DNA of 64,000 nucleotides from NCBI GenBank assembly GCA_964016885.1, contig OZ024742.1, positions 318,432,001-318,496,000 of the forward strand. The letters are read 5' to 3'. Positions 39,787 to 53,229 of the stretch are shown one piece after another. Every line of letters starts with the position of its first letter. The stretch's first letter is position 1. This DNA comes from Eledone cirrhosa (taxonomy: Eukaryota). The notes under the pieces were generated by a model. That model ran no database searches and had not been told where the DNA came from. It was given only the letters and a program-made list of their open reading frames with translations. The translations under genes were made by a program, and so were the position numbers.

Positions 39787-39993
39787 CTCTATAGTATAGC
39801 AATATCTGCTTCAACACATGATTTCACATCAAGGATCTTGCAAAACAAATATAAAAATGAAGAAGTATATAATTTTATATAAGGACTTTTATGTTCCAAA
39901 CATGAGTTTAATATACACACAAACACACTTAAACACAATATTTAACAGTTAAGATACACATTGTGTGTGTAAATTTTTATTTTAAACATGCTA

Positions 39994-40603
39994 AAAGGCT
40001 ACGTTGGTATGGACACGTGATGCGCATGAAAGTCAATAGCTGTATAACAAAGTGCAGGGCAATAAAGATAGACGGTAGCCACGGAATAGGCAGACCTAGA
40101 AAAACCTGGGACGAGCTGATAAACTCCGACCTCACACACTTACACCTCTCCAAGACAATGTCACTGGACCGAGACCTTTGGCGGTACTCAGTAACAGAGA
40201 AGACCCGCCTTACCTAAATACATAGTAAAACCTACTACAGCCAGTAGGCATCTAACAAAATAACCCCCCCACCCCCAACCCATCCACGCCACCCCGTTCT
40301 ATGTAAAGTTGTGTTGGTGCCACACCATCCAGGCCGAAACAAATGAGATCGTGTAGGTGTCACGACAAAAAAACACACAGTCCACGCTGTAATGTGGCCG
40401 TGTAGGCAACACGGTAAAAACCTCCCAGACCCACACTGTAAATGTGGTTGGTGTTAGGAAGGGCATCCAACTGTAGAAAACCTGCCAGACAGTCCTATGC
40501 GAGCAAGACAATCACTCTTGCCTCAAGTGGGACTACCCCCGTCCAAACCCATGCAAGCGTGGAACACGGACGTTAAACGGTGATGATGATGATGATGATG
40601 ATG
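39994..40603 (+). mobile_element. RTE LINE 3' end (copy 5)
   Basis: RLRWYGHVMRMKV...TRLT, full 3' UTR and (GAT)n tail; closest to copies 2 and 3. Confidence 0.95.
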
Positions 40604-40849
40604 CTTGGAGATTTGGAGATAAAATTTATTTCCATGTATCAAAATATCCAATCTACTTTAATCTTTCTTTCAATGTTCATTGTGAAAATAAAACCAGTTA
40701 AACTTGTTAATTTACAATGGAGCTCTATTAGAGGAAGAAGACAGTTACCACACGTCTTTAATTGTCAATTTTGAATTGTGTATATGGACCTCATTAATGA
40801 TCTACTCCCCCTCATCTACATATTAGACATTCGGGCAGTTTTGTTTATG

Positions 40850-41019
40850 TACACTCTTTCTCACGCATACTCTTTCTCTCTCACACACACTCTTTATTTC
40901 ACACACACTCTTTCTCTCTCACATACACTCTTTCTCTCACACACACACACACACACTTTCTTTCAGACACACTCTTTCTCTCTCACATACACTCTTTCTC
41001 TCACACACACACACACTCT

Positions 41020-41068
<49 letters not shown>

Positions 41069-41112
41069 TCTTTCACACACACACTCTTTCATACACACAC
41101 ACACATATATAT
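40850..41112. repeat. (CA)n/(CT)n compound microsatellite
   Basis: Seen directly in the sequence. Confidence 0.9.
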
Positions 41113-41957
41113 ATAATATAATGAAATTATTGTGTAAAGTGCTCAGGTGCACTACAACTCGTCAAAGGTGCATGTATAGTTCATAGAATAATACACAAAT
41201 GTCAGGGAAGTGAATAGTGTATGAGTCGTGATATACATGTGTGTATGGAGGGGGAACATTAGGTGTAGTGTTGGCGAATCTCGGGAAGCATGGAGGCCTT
41301 AAAGGATGCAGTGTCTCGACAGCTAACAACCGATGCAGGTAGTTTGTTCCATGCTTCAGCAACTCTGAGCGTGAAAAAATGTTTCCAAAAGTCATGGGAA
41401 CTGTACTGTTTTCTGACTTTGTTGGCATGCCCACGTGTGTTAGACACATGGAAATCAAAAAGGTACTCAGGGTTGTTGTTGGCAAGATGGTTAACAATTT
41501 TGTGGGTGTTTACCAAGTCAGTTGCCAGGCGTCGGAGCTTCAATGTATCCATGCCCAGAGAAGCAAGGCGCTCAGAGTATGGTAGATGCCTGATGGAGGG
41601 TATTCGCTTGGTTGCACATCTCTGAACAGTTTCCAGGCGGTCAATGTTCTGAGCAAGCTAGGGGTTCCAGACTGGTGATGCAAATTCTAAGTGTGGCCGC
41701 ACCATAGCCATGTACAGCCTTAAATAGATAGCTGGAGAGCGGCTGACAAAGGTCTTGCTGAGTGATGCTAAGATACCCTCGGCCCTCTTGACAATTTTAG
41801 AGACGTGCTTCGTCCAACGCAAATTACTGCTGACCGTAATGCCCAGGTCACATTCACAAGAAGACTTCTTGATATTAGTGCTGTGGACGCTGGGTTTTTA
41901 CTCCCAAAATGCATGGTGGTTGCACTTGTCCACAGCTAGCTTGAGTTGCCAGACTGA
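41113..41957 (-). mobile_element. CR1-clade LINE, 5'-truncated
   Basis: NTRGH and FFTLRVAEAWNKLP C-terminal motifs; matches 55515-56381. Confidence 0.92.
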
Positions 41958-43462
41958 GAATGAAGGACTTCAACCAGTAAAAAAGATCATCCTTCACATA
42001 TATAATAATTTCTGATTTAGGCACAATGCCAACAATTTGGAGGGAAGAGAAAGTTGATTAAATTGACACCAGTGCATTACTGGTACTTTATTTTATCCTC
42101 CCACCCTCCCCATCCATAAGGATGAAAGGCATATAATTGTTTCTACTTTTGGCACAAGGCCAGCAATTACCCCAGTACATTACTGGTACTTTATTTCATC
42201 ATCCCCGTAAGGATGAAAGGCAAAGTTAACCTTGACAAGATTTGAACTCATGAAAGACATGTATAATGAAATATCATATTTGTTATTAAGAGTGAGTGTT
42301 TACTTTGAAGTCAATAGTCACTATTAGTAACAAATATTACATTGACTCTATGTACAGTTTATGAGACCTTTATTCAGTGGATGTTTTGGGTGTTTATTAC
42401 ACAAACCCCTTAAACAAACATTTATACAGAAACATAATGGACTAAAACAAATGGATATTTGGAAATTGTTTCATATATATGAGATGACGTATAAATATAT
42501 ATTATATAAAGTGATGTGCTCATGTGCAGAGATGATATAAAATACACTGAACAAATTATCACTAACTGCTAAGAGGAATTGAACCTGGTATGTCCCAGAT
42601 ACCCGCTAAGTGCTTTGAACCATTATATATTTACTCTGAGCAAAAGGTCTGTGTTTCTGGCCCAACAGTCACAGATTGATAAGTGTTTTACCATCATAAC
42701 TGGAAATGAAAAAAAGTAGTTGCAAATGAATTGACTATTTGTATAGAAACTGTTGAAGCCACACCTGGAAAAATACTGAAGTCTCTTATGGCCATTTTTG
42801 CATATATAATCATCATCTTTTATTGGTCTTAAGTGATGGTAAATATGGTGGATATAAGTGGTATGCTGAAGAATCTGATGGGGGTGGTAGACATAGTTTA
42901 TTTATAGTGTAATAGTTGTGGTGTAAAGATAGTAATGTAATATATAACAATGACAAAAACATGATAGCCTAGTGATGTGGTTTTGGTTGTGGTTTGGGCT
43001 ATAGTAGTAGCGGTGTTTGTAATTATTGTGTTTTTAGTGGCGGTGGTGGTAATGGTGATGGTAGTGGTGGTGTTTGTGGATGTAGTGATGGTAATGATGT
43101 TTGAGGGTGTGGTGGTGGTGGTTGTGGTGGTGTTTGTGGATGTAGTGATGGTAATGATGCTTGAGGGTGTGGTGGTGGTAGTTGTGCTAATGGTTTGGGT
43201 TATGGTAGTGGTGATGGTTGTGCCAGTGGTTTGGTTTATGATAGTAGTGGTGTTAGTTGTGGTAGTGGTTTGGGTTATGGTAGTGATGATGTTGGTGACT
43301 GTCATGTTAGTAGTAGTGATGATAATAGAATATGATATGATAGCATTGAATTAATATTCATATAATTTTAGTGTCATTGTTGTTGTGGTTGATTAGCCTT
43401 AATATTTTTTTTCTTACAAGACAACATAGTGTTTTTGAATAAGGTCCATATTTGCTGTGTTA

Positions 43463-43630
43463 CCGTATTTCCCGGTGTCGAACATGCCACTTTTTTCCTA
43501 AAATAAGTTAAAAAAATCTACCATGTGTCTTGGAGGCCGAAGGTTGTTTATTATATTTTTTCAAATTTTTGGTTGTCAAAATTAGGGTGTGTCCTCGAGG
43601 ACGAAGCGTCTTCGGCGCCGGGAAATACGA
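43463..43630. mobile_element. Tc1/mariner (pogo/Tigger-like) MITE
   Basis: TA|CCGTATTTCCCGG...CCGGGAAATACGA|TA. Second copy at 61761-61923 inside a SINE. Confidence 0.88.
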
Positions 43631-43729
43631 TAATTTGTTTTGTATATGATGATCTCTGTATTGCAGGATCCATTCAATGACCTTGTATTGATGCTTCTAC
43701 ATCACTATTTAGCTTCTGTAGTTATAGTA

Positions 43730-44100
43730 GCCTTATGAGATATAATATTCTTAACATTAACAGTGCAATCAAAATTTAGCTTAAGGTTATATCTTTTGAA
43801 TAGCTTCCTATATCTATGGATAGTAGGAAAGTTTTTATCGATTAAATTTAGAAATATTTGTGCTATGTTGGACACAGACAGTATTTAGTGAGTAGGAAAT
43901 GTAAACCAAGTGATATTACAACACTTTTTCTTTGGAGAGCAGTTCCAGGGTTCGAGCATACCTTATCTTATCTTTGAATCCACTTGCTTTTAAAACATCA
44001 TTATAGTAAAGGTCTATGATGGGCAGATTCAAAATCCTTCTGCTTATATTATAAGATGTTTTAATACTATAGTTAGGTAGCATGTGGTTGGGGAAAAGTT
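43730..44100 (-). pseudogene. Penelope-like element coding fragment (RT to GIY-YIG linker region)
   Basis: Minus strand reads YYNDVLKASGF..., ITWF..PYS..NIAQIFLNLIDKNFP...KLFKRYNLKLNFDC, resembling the WFNPPYS...FLKLIDKHFP motif of PLEs; frameshifted. Confidence 0.65.
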
Positions 44101-45239
44101 GTTCGAAATGATAGCACAGCACTTGCTCTGTCTGATGACAAAAAGAAAGAGGCATGGAAGACCATACTATGAGTGACTGCTGTACAAGGAAAATGAATGG
44201 GACAGTGAGGGCCTACCCTATTCATAACCTACTGAGTGACCAGCCATAAAAGTTAATATAAATAAGTTTTTCATTTAGTTTTCTAAATGGTGTGTATGAG
44301 CTATTATTTAAATCTAACAATAGTTAAGTTTGTCACACTATTGATTTTAATGTCAAATGTATGTGAATGTTTGGATGACATTTTTTTCCTCTCTCTATCT
44401 AGCATATATACTCATTTGTATTTATAGAGATAACTAGTCTGTCATCTCTATAAAGTCCAAAGTCTATGGAGGTAAACATCGTACATAATGTATCCAAGAA
44501 TTGAAGTCGGTGTAAAGACAGTTACAGAATCTCATTTAAGTAAGGTTCCAGTATGCAAAATTAAATCTAGATGTTAGTGAGATGCTAGATTTAAAATTAT
44601 ATATAATAGTGAAGAACAACAATTACATTTTAAAGAAAGGTGAAGAAAAAGAAAGAAAAGTGCCGTAGGGTTTAGCATATGAGGGGGGTTTTTTTGGGGG
44701 GGGGGGCGATTTCTTGGCCATTTATTTTACAAAGCTGCTTATACAAAAACAAAACACTATTAAGAGGAGCAATAAATAAATAAATAAAAATGATGGAAAT
44801 GAAAAAAAAGAGAAAAAAATGTATCCAAGATATATATAATAATAATGATAATATTGTGTACAGTGCTCAGGTGCACTACAACTCATCAAAAAGTGTATGT
44901 ATAGTACATAGGGTAATGTACAAACGTCAGGAAAATGAAGTCTTGATCACATAATATCACATATATTAGTGCTATCAAATGAACCCCATACTTATATAAA
45001 AGGAAACACCCCAGTAAGATCTAACCCTAACAGAACTCTTATCTAAAGGTAGAGTCTTCTTTGCATATATTATAACTTCTTTATCATTATTATCAATGGC
45101 ATTTTTTAGCTAAATCTGCTGTTTTGCATAATAAATAGTTTAGAGATAAAACCCAGCTGTGTCAAAATTGGGATTATTAGTTTATTGTTTTACTATTATT
45201 CTGTTATTTAAGGTTAGTAGTCCTAATGTTATTATTAGT

Positions 45240-45560
45240 GAAGGTGCATGGCTTTGTAGTTAGGGTATTTGGCTCACAATTGTAAGGTTTGATTCACGGT
45301 GACGCATTGTGTCCTTGAGCAAGACACTTTATTTCACGTTGCTCCAGTTCACTCAGCTGGCAAAATTGAGTTGTATCTGTAATTCGAAGGGGCAGCCTTG
45401 TCACATTCTGTGTCACGCTGAATCTCCCTGAAAACTCTGTTACGGGTATGCGTGTCTGTGGAATGCTTAGCTACTTGCACGTTAATTTCATGAACTGGCT
45501 GTTCCATTGATCAGATCAACTGGAACAGTCAGTGTCATAACCGACAGAGTGCCAGTCAGT
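45240..45560 (+). mobile_element. tRNA-derived SINE, family D
   Basis: tRNA-like head, GTGTCCTTGAGCAAGACACTT core, body CCTTGTCACATTCTGTGTCACGCTGAATCTCCCTG. Decayed copies at ~22870-23080 (-), 28735-29050 and 61200-61300 (-). Confidence 0.85.
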
Positions 45561-46655
45561 CAGTCATTATTTGTCTCTCATTAAGGGAAGTAGATTGGCA
45601 GGATCATTAGAGCATCAGACAAAATGCCTTACAGCTTTCAGTTACGTTCTGAGTTCAACTCCTACCAAGGTCAACTTTGGTTTTCAACTCTCTAAGGTTG
45701 ATAAAATAAAATACCAGTTACATTCTGAGTTGATATAATCAACTTTATCCTTCCTCCCAAATTGTTGACATTTTGCCAATGTTAGTAATCCTTATTAATC
45801 TCTCTCTAGGACATTCAGCAGAATGCAATGCAGTATTTGTTGTCTTTTTTATGGTCTGATTTCAAATCCTGCCTCAGTCCACTTTGCTTTTCATCCTTCT
45901 GGGGTCGATAAAATAACATAGCAGTTCAGTACTGGGGTCAGGTTAATTAACTTCCTCCTCCTCCAAATTGCTGGCCTTGTGCCTATATTAGAAACCATTA
46001 TTGTACTCTTAGAATTTTTATGCCAACTTATCTAATCTCAGATTTAGCTGGGTTTATTAACCTACAATTATACAGATGCAGACATGCATGCACACACACA
46101 CACTCACACGGACAGACACACACGTACACATGGACACACACACACACACATGGACAGACACACACACATACACACATGGACAGACACACCTATTAACTTG
46201 ACTGAGTAAGCCAACTAACTAGCAATTGTGTTTCTTTAACTATTGACAATTATTAATTGTTTCTGTTAAAGTAAAACACACTCTATCAATATCAATGTAT
46301 ACTTTAGTATGTGTGTCACTAGGCTTCCAGCTATTGGCAATTCTCTGCTTCAGTAAAACATAATTCCAGTATTTTCATTTGCAAGGTATTGTGTGTGTGG
46401 TGGTGTGGTGTATGTGTATATGTGTAGTGTGTGAATAATGAGGTTTCTTGAATTAAATTTTCTTTTTGTTATCATAACCGTACACTTTATGATGATTCAG
46501 CCAGTTTATTTATATATGTAAATATATATCAGCAAATTAAATTATATGTATATATGGGTGCGTGTATGTATATATGTGTGTGTGTTGTAGTAGTTATTGT
46601 AGTAGATAACTAAATAACTAAGTCTATATAATAATATACTCGTCACACTTTATAT

Positions 46656-46974
46656 CAGGGGTGTGCAACATATTCCATTGGCGGGCCACTTTTGAACATT
46701 GGAACAACTATTAGGGCCATTAATATTTATTAAGCGCTATTCGAAAGATTCACCACAACTTCTTTCCATAACTAGGAACTAGGAAATTATAATACACATA
46801 ACCCTATCAGTGAAGCCCTTTAGTATAGGTCAACTAACAGAAAATTGTATTACGGTTATGAAAAAAATTCTAAATAAGTCTACATGGTAAAAATTACAAA
46901 TGGTCATTGCGGGCCACTTTAACTGGTCTGGCGGGCCAGATTGTGGCTTGCGGGCCGCCCGTTGCACGCCTCTG
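46656..46974. mobile_element. hAT-superfamily MITE with GCGGGCC subterminal repeats
   Basis: TIRs CAGGGGTGTGCAAC / GTTGCACGCCTCTG; 8-bp TSD CTTTATAT/CTTTATAG. Confidence 0.9.
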
Positions 46975-47044
46975 CTTTATAGCAAGAGTGTATTGAGCTC
47001 ACTCCTATTTATGCAAGGACCTACAACTCTATCATCATCGTCAT

Positions 47045-47225
47045 CATCTTCTTGTAGTCAATGAAGTTGACCATAAGCAGCTGCTGGAAGCAGTGATGTT
47101 GTGTAATATGAGGGTTTGTTCGCTGCATGACATTCCACTCTTCAATCCAGCCTGTTCCTCTTTTAGATGCACATCAACTACCTTCTTCAGGCAGGCAAGT
47201 ATGACACTGCAAAAGACTTTCCAAA
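47045..47225 (-). pseudogene. Old RTE-type RT fragment
   Basis: KVFCSVILACLKKVVDVHLKEEQAGLKSGMSCSEQ, equivalent to the LREEQAGFR motif. Confidence 0.7.
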
Positions 47226-49839
47226 AACAAACAGCAGAATTATTCCACAGCAATTGTTGCAGTCACTTAAAGCTCCTTTTTTAGGTAACTAGGATTTTTT
47301 TTTCAACATGCCAATGTTGAAGGTGTGTGGCTGAGTGGTTAGAGAATTGGATTCACAATCTTGAGGTTGCGAGTTCGATTCCTGGACTGGGCGATGCGTT
47401 ATGTCCTCGAGCAAGACACTTTATTTCATGTTGCTCCTTCTACCTGGAGTTGCGACCAATAGATAGTACTAGCAACTGGAAAAACCGACGAAAACATTGT
47501 TTCCTCGGTCCGACTTGATGAAAGTCGATCGATCCTTTAAATGTGTATGTGTCTGTGTGTCTGTCTGGGTATGTGCATATGCATACATTTATATGTATGA
47601 GTATATAAATGTAAACACACAAACACAGACACACTTACAAAAATACACACTCACAGACATACATTAACACAAACACAAACATACACATACACTCACACTC
47701 ACACACAGCATAGCAAATGGAACACCAGCTGTTGTTTTGCTATATTTTTTTCACCATCCCTTTCCTTCCTTTTACAAACATACATTCACACAAATACACA
47801 CACACACACATTGTGTGACAGACGGATGTCATTCAAATAGATGTTACTATCACTCCATCACCATAGACCTTGTTGACTTCTTCGTGCCATATTAAGTTGT
47901 AAAGATATCTCAACTTTTCTGCAATGACATCTTCTCCATACTTAAGAAGTTCTGCAGTTATCTTGTCTAGCCCAAATGCTTTCTTGTTCCTCAAACAATA
48001 AATGTCTTTAGTGACAGTATAGGACTTATAATTTATTTATTAACACTGAATGTCAATGACACAAGATTGAGATCTTTGGCGTTATGCAGTAATACAGAAG
48101 ACACGCCTTCCCATGTGCACGGACTCAAACATACATCTAGTAGGCACCTCTCAACGACCATACCTCACCTACCCACTCCTGTCCACACCACTCTTACACT
48201 ATAAACAAAATGTATCCAGCCCATACTGTAAAGTGGTCATGTTAGAGTCACGACAAAAAGCACGCAGTACACACTGTAAATGTGGTTGGCATTAGGAAGA
48301 GCATCCAGCTGTAGAAACCTAGCCAGAAACAGTTCTATATGAGTAAGACACGGCCACCTGACCAAACTTGCCTCTAATGGGACAACCCGTGTAACCCATA
48401 CTAGTGTGGAAAAAGGACGTTAAACGATGATGATAATGAAAGAAAGAAAACTAATGTTGTTGTTTAATCAAACATATATAATATCAAAGGTATTTTAGCT
48501 GTGACCTCTCCATTTTTTGTTTACCTATAATTATTATACTGTTGGAGGCACATGGCTTAGTGGTTAGAACATTGGGCTTGCAATCGAAAGTTTGTGAGTT
48601 CAATTCTCAGACCGGGTGATGTGTTGTTTCCTTGAGCAAGACACTTTATTTCACATTGCTCCAGTTTACTCAGCTGTAGAAATGAGATGATAGGACTAGG
48701 GTCCCTATCATTCCACTGCAAAGTGTTGTAGGTACCACGGCAAAAAAAAAAGCACCCAGCACTTACTGTAAAGTGGATGTGTAGGCGCCACGGAAAAAAA
48801 AGCACCCAGCGCTCACTGTAAATGAGGTTGATGTTAGGAAGGGCATCCAGCTGTAGAAATCAAGCCAGAATCAGTTCCCGTACCACCCTTGCAAGCAGGG
48901 AAAAGGGGACGTATGATGATGATGATGATGATGTCTGTGTTCTTCCTTTTTCAAGATGATAGAGTGTGATTTGGGTATAGTTTTCATTATGTAAAATCTC
49001 CCTAATGCTGCTCATTTCTCCCAGTTCTGGGGCTCTTTTTTTCATGGTACTCCCCGTTTGGGTTTTTAGAGGTTGCCAGGTGTGTGTCATTGTTGTTGTT
49101 GCTGTTACCATTGTCATTGCTCTTGTTGTCACTATCATCGTCACTGCTGTTGTTGCCATTGTTGGTTTTGTTATTGCTGAAGAAAGACTTATACTCTCAG
49201 TGCATGACACCACAGAAAGTGAGCCTCAACGCTTGGGACCAATACTTTGACCTCCCTCTCACTAGTCATTGTGACCCTAAACCCTGAAAAGGGCCATGTA
49301 CACTGATTGCCCTTCCCTTCTTGGCTATGTAGTAAAAATCAAAGGATGTCAGTTCTTTTGTGACAGTTTGATAAACATGATAACAAGGGCTCGCAGGGTT
49401 TAGATTCTAATCTGAAATTACATTGTGCATAGTGCATTCTACTGTTGCATTACACTGCATGGTCCCCTTTCTCCCCCTCTGTATGGCCATAATGCTTTCC
49501 TATTGCTATGGTGATAAGTATGTCCTTTCTTGATTTTTCTTTTTTCTTTTTCTTTTATTTCCTTGAGCCAATTAAACATTTCCTGATGACACACAAATTC
49601 TACCATGTCAAAAAATATGATCTACTTTTTAACCTCTTATAACCATCATTGAGAGTTATGGTGGGGATGGGGCAGTGGAGGAGGAGCAATGATTTGAGTT
49701 TTAGAGGTGAAGGGTTGTATTGGTGGTAGTTGTTGATGACAATGATGATGATGATGAACATGATGACCATGTTGATGGGAGGGGAGAAAGGAATGGAGGG
49801 GTAGGTGCTGCTGCAGCATTGGTGATGATGGGGGGGGTC

Positions 49840-51940
49840 TGGTGGTAGTGTTGCTGGTGGTGGTGGTGATAGTGTGAGGTGTTGCTGGTGGTGGTGGTGG
49901 TGGTGATAGTGTGAGGTGTTGTTGCTGGTGGTGGTGGTGGTGGTGGTGATAGTGTGAGGTGTTGTTGATGGTGGTGGTGCTACTGCTACAGTTGGTAGTG
50001 TTGTTGCTGGTGGTGGTGGTGGTGGTGATAGTGTGAGATGTTGTTGATGGTGGTGGTGGTGGTGGTGGTGATAGTGTGAGGTGTTGCTGGTGGTGGTGGT
50101 GGTGGTGATAGTGTGAGGTGTTGTTGATGGTAGTGGTGCTACTGCTACAGTTGGTAGTGTTGTTGCTGGTGGTGGTGGTGGTGATAGTGTGAGGTGTTGT
50201 TGATGGTGGTGGTGGTGGTGATAGTGTGAGATGTTGTTGATGGTGGTGGTGCTACTGCTACAGTTGGTAGTGTTGTTGCTGGTGGTGGTGGTGGTGGTGA
50301 TAGTGTGAGGTGTTGTTGATGGTGGTGGTGCTACTGCTACAGTTGGTAGTGTTGTTGATGGTGGTGGTGGTGGTGGTGATAGTGTGAGGTGTTGTTGATG
50401 GTGGTGGTGGTGGTGATAGTGTGAGGTGTTGTTGATGGTGGTGGTGCTACTGCTACAGTTGGTAGTGTTGTTGGTGGTGGTGGTGGTGGTGGTGATAGTG
50501 TGAGGTGTTGTTGATGGTGGTGGTGCTACTGCTACAGTTGGTAGTGTTGTTGGTGGTGGTGGTGGTGGTGGTGATAGTGTGAGGTGTTGTTGATGGTGGT
50601 GGTGCTACTGCTACAGTTGGTAGTGTTGTTGCTGGTGGTAGTGGTGGTGGTGATAGTGTGAGGTGTTGTTGATGGTGGTGGTGCTACTGCTACAGTTGGT
50701 AGTGTTGTTGCTGGTGGTGGTGGTGGTGATAGTGTGAGGTGTTGTTGGTGGTGGTGGTGGTGGTGGTGATAGTGTGAGGTGTTGTTGATGGTGGTGGTGG
50801 TGGTGATAGTGTGAGATGTTGTTGGTGGTGGTGGTGATAGTGTGAGGTGTTGTTGATGGTGGTGGTGCTACTGCTACAGTTGGTAGTGTTGTTGCTGGTG
50901 GTAGTGGTGGTGGTGATAGTGTGAGGTGTTGTTGATGGTGGTGGTGGTGGTGATAGTGTGAGGTGTTGTTGGTGGTGGTGGTGGTGGTGATAGTGTGAGG
51001 TGTTGTTGGTGGTGGTGGTGGTGGTGATAGTGTGAGGTGTTGTTGGTGGTGGTGGTGGTGGTGATAGTGTGAGGTGTTGTTGATGGTGGTGGTGCTACTG
51101 CTACAGTTGGTAGTGTTGTTGATGGTGGTGGTGGTGGTGGTGATAGTGTGAGGTGTTGTTGATGGTGGTGGTGGTGGTGATAGTGTGAGGTGTTGTTGGT
51201 GGTGGTGGTGGTGGTGATAGTGTGAGGTGTTGTTGATGGTGGTGGTGCTACTGCTACAGTTGGTAGTGTTGTTGCTGGTGGTAGTGGTGGTGGTGATAAT
51301 GGGAGGTGGTGATGATGGGGGGGGGGGGGGTTGTGGTGATAGTGTGAGATGTTGTTGGTGGTGGTGGTGCTACTGCTACAGTTGGTAGTGTTGTTGCTGG
51401 TGGTAGTGGTGGTGGTGATAATGGGAGGTGGTGATGATGGGGGGGGGGGGGTTGTGGTGCTGCTGCTGTAGATGATGGCAGTGCTGTTGCTGATAGTAGT
51501 AGTGTTGCTGCTGATGATGGGGGGGGGTGCTGTAGATGATGGCGGTGCTGTTGCTGCTGATGATGGGGGGGTGCTGCTGTAGATGATGGCAGTGCTGTTG
51601 CTGATAGTAGTAGTGTTGCTGCTGATGATGGGGGGGGGTGCTGTAGATGATGGCAGTGCTGTTGCTGATAGTAGTAGTGTTGCTGCTGATGATGGGGGGG
51701 GGGGTGCTGTAGATGATGGCGGTGCTGTTGCTGCTGATGATGGGGGGGGTGCTGCTGTAGATGATGGCAGTGCTGTTGCTGCTGATGATGGGGGGGGGTG
51801 TAGATGATGGCAGTGCTGTTGCTGATAGTAGTAGTGTTGCTGCTGATGATAGGGGGGTGCTGCTGTAGATGATGGCGGTGCTGTTGCTGATAGTAGTAGT
51901 GTTGCTGCTGATAATGATGGGGGGGGGGGTGACGGTTGTG
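49840..51940. repeat. Compound G-rich minisatellite: two-module (GGT)n array followed by G-run-containing units
   Basis: Modules GATAGTGTGAGGTGTTGTT and GCTACTGCTACAGTTGGTAGTGTTGTT. From ~51300 the units carry G6-G13 runs. Confidence 0.95.
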
Positions 51941-53229
51941 CTAGTGGTGATGCTGCTGCCACTGGTAATAATCATTAATGCTGGCTGTGGTGGTGGTGGT
52001 GAACATGATGATGATGCTTGTAGTAGGAATGATGGTGATAATGGTGGTGGTGGTGGTGGGCGATGCTGATGATGATGGATGTAGTAGCAATGTTGATAGT
52101 GGTGGTGGTGGTAGATGTTGATGATGATGGTTGCAGTAGTGGTGGTAGTGATTGTGGTGATGGTAGATGTTGATAATGATGATGATGGATGTAGTAGTGG
52201 TGGTGGTGGTGGAAGATGCTGATAATGATGATGATGGATGTAGTAGTGATAGATGTTGATAATAATTGTTTCTACTATTGGCACAAGGCCAGCAATTAAC
52301 CAGTACATTACTGGTACTTTATTTTATCAACCCCGTAAGGATGAAAGGCAAAGTTAACCTCGGCGGGATTTGAACTCAGAATGGCAAGGGCCGTAACTCT
52401 TTGCGTCAAAGCATGGCGTCCAACCCTCTACTGATACTGCCAATCCACTGCCCTCGATAGATGTTGATAATAATGATAGATGCGGTAGTGGAATATGTTG
52501 ATATTGATGATGATAGATGTGGTGGTGGTAGTAGATGTTGATTATGATGATGATGATGGCGATAATCATAATTCCCTCACCACCGCAGTAGTGAAAATAG
52601 AAATGAGTGCACATAGGGTGTGAGTGACTCAATTGTTGGACCTCTGTCTTTGAACTGAAAGTTTTATATCCAGTCACTGATCATGTGTTCTTAGGAAAGT
52701 GGCTTTATATGGAGCTTGGTGGTAAATGTATCCTTTTTTTCTTTTTTAAATAAGAAAAGGTAAAGTCGCTCAGAGACGCCATCTGTCTTAAAAACAATAG
52801 TTAAGTTTGTGTTAGCTTATTTAACCCTTACATTACCATAGTTATATTAAGAAACATAGCCTATGATGAGATGACCATCACCTCATAACTGTGGCCATTC
52901 AGGCAGAAGTGGTGAGAGCTAATCTCAAAATACTGTACTTTAACTCAATAAGTGAAGGGAGGCACAAATATTCATGTACTTGACTGTTATGCTTTACCTT
53001 TTAATGTCCTGTACTGCATGAAACTACATAGGCAAGAAATTCTTGAAAAATACAAAACAGCCTGATGATTGCAACTCATTAAAAATTTAAATCTTTACTT
53101 TAATTTTTACAATGATTCGTTCACTTGTAGAGATACTATATATATTTGAATTAACAAACCTGTTTTTAGATAGTCTCTACTAAACCATTACATGATGTTA
53201 ATAGTTAATTATGGAACTAAATTGAAGAC

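Noticed and set aside
50874-52308. Extensin- or mucin-like Pro/Thr/His-rich ORFs (also 25390-26071)
   Set aside because: They derive from GGT/ACC arrays. Variable G-runs shift frames freely, showing no coding constraint.
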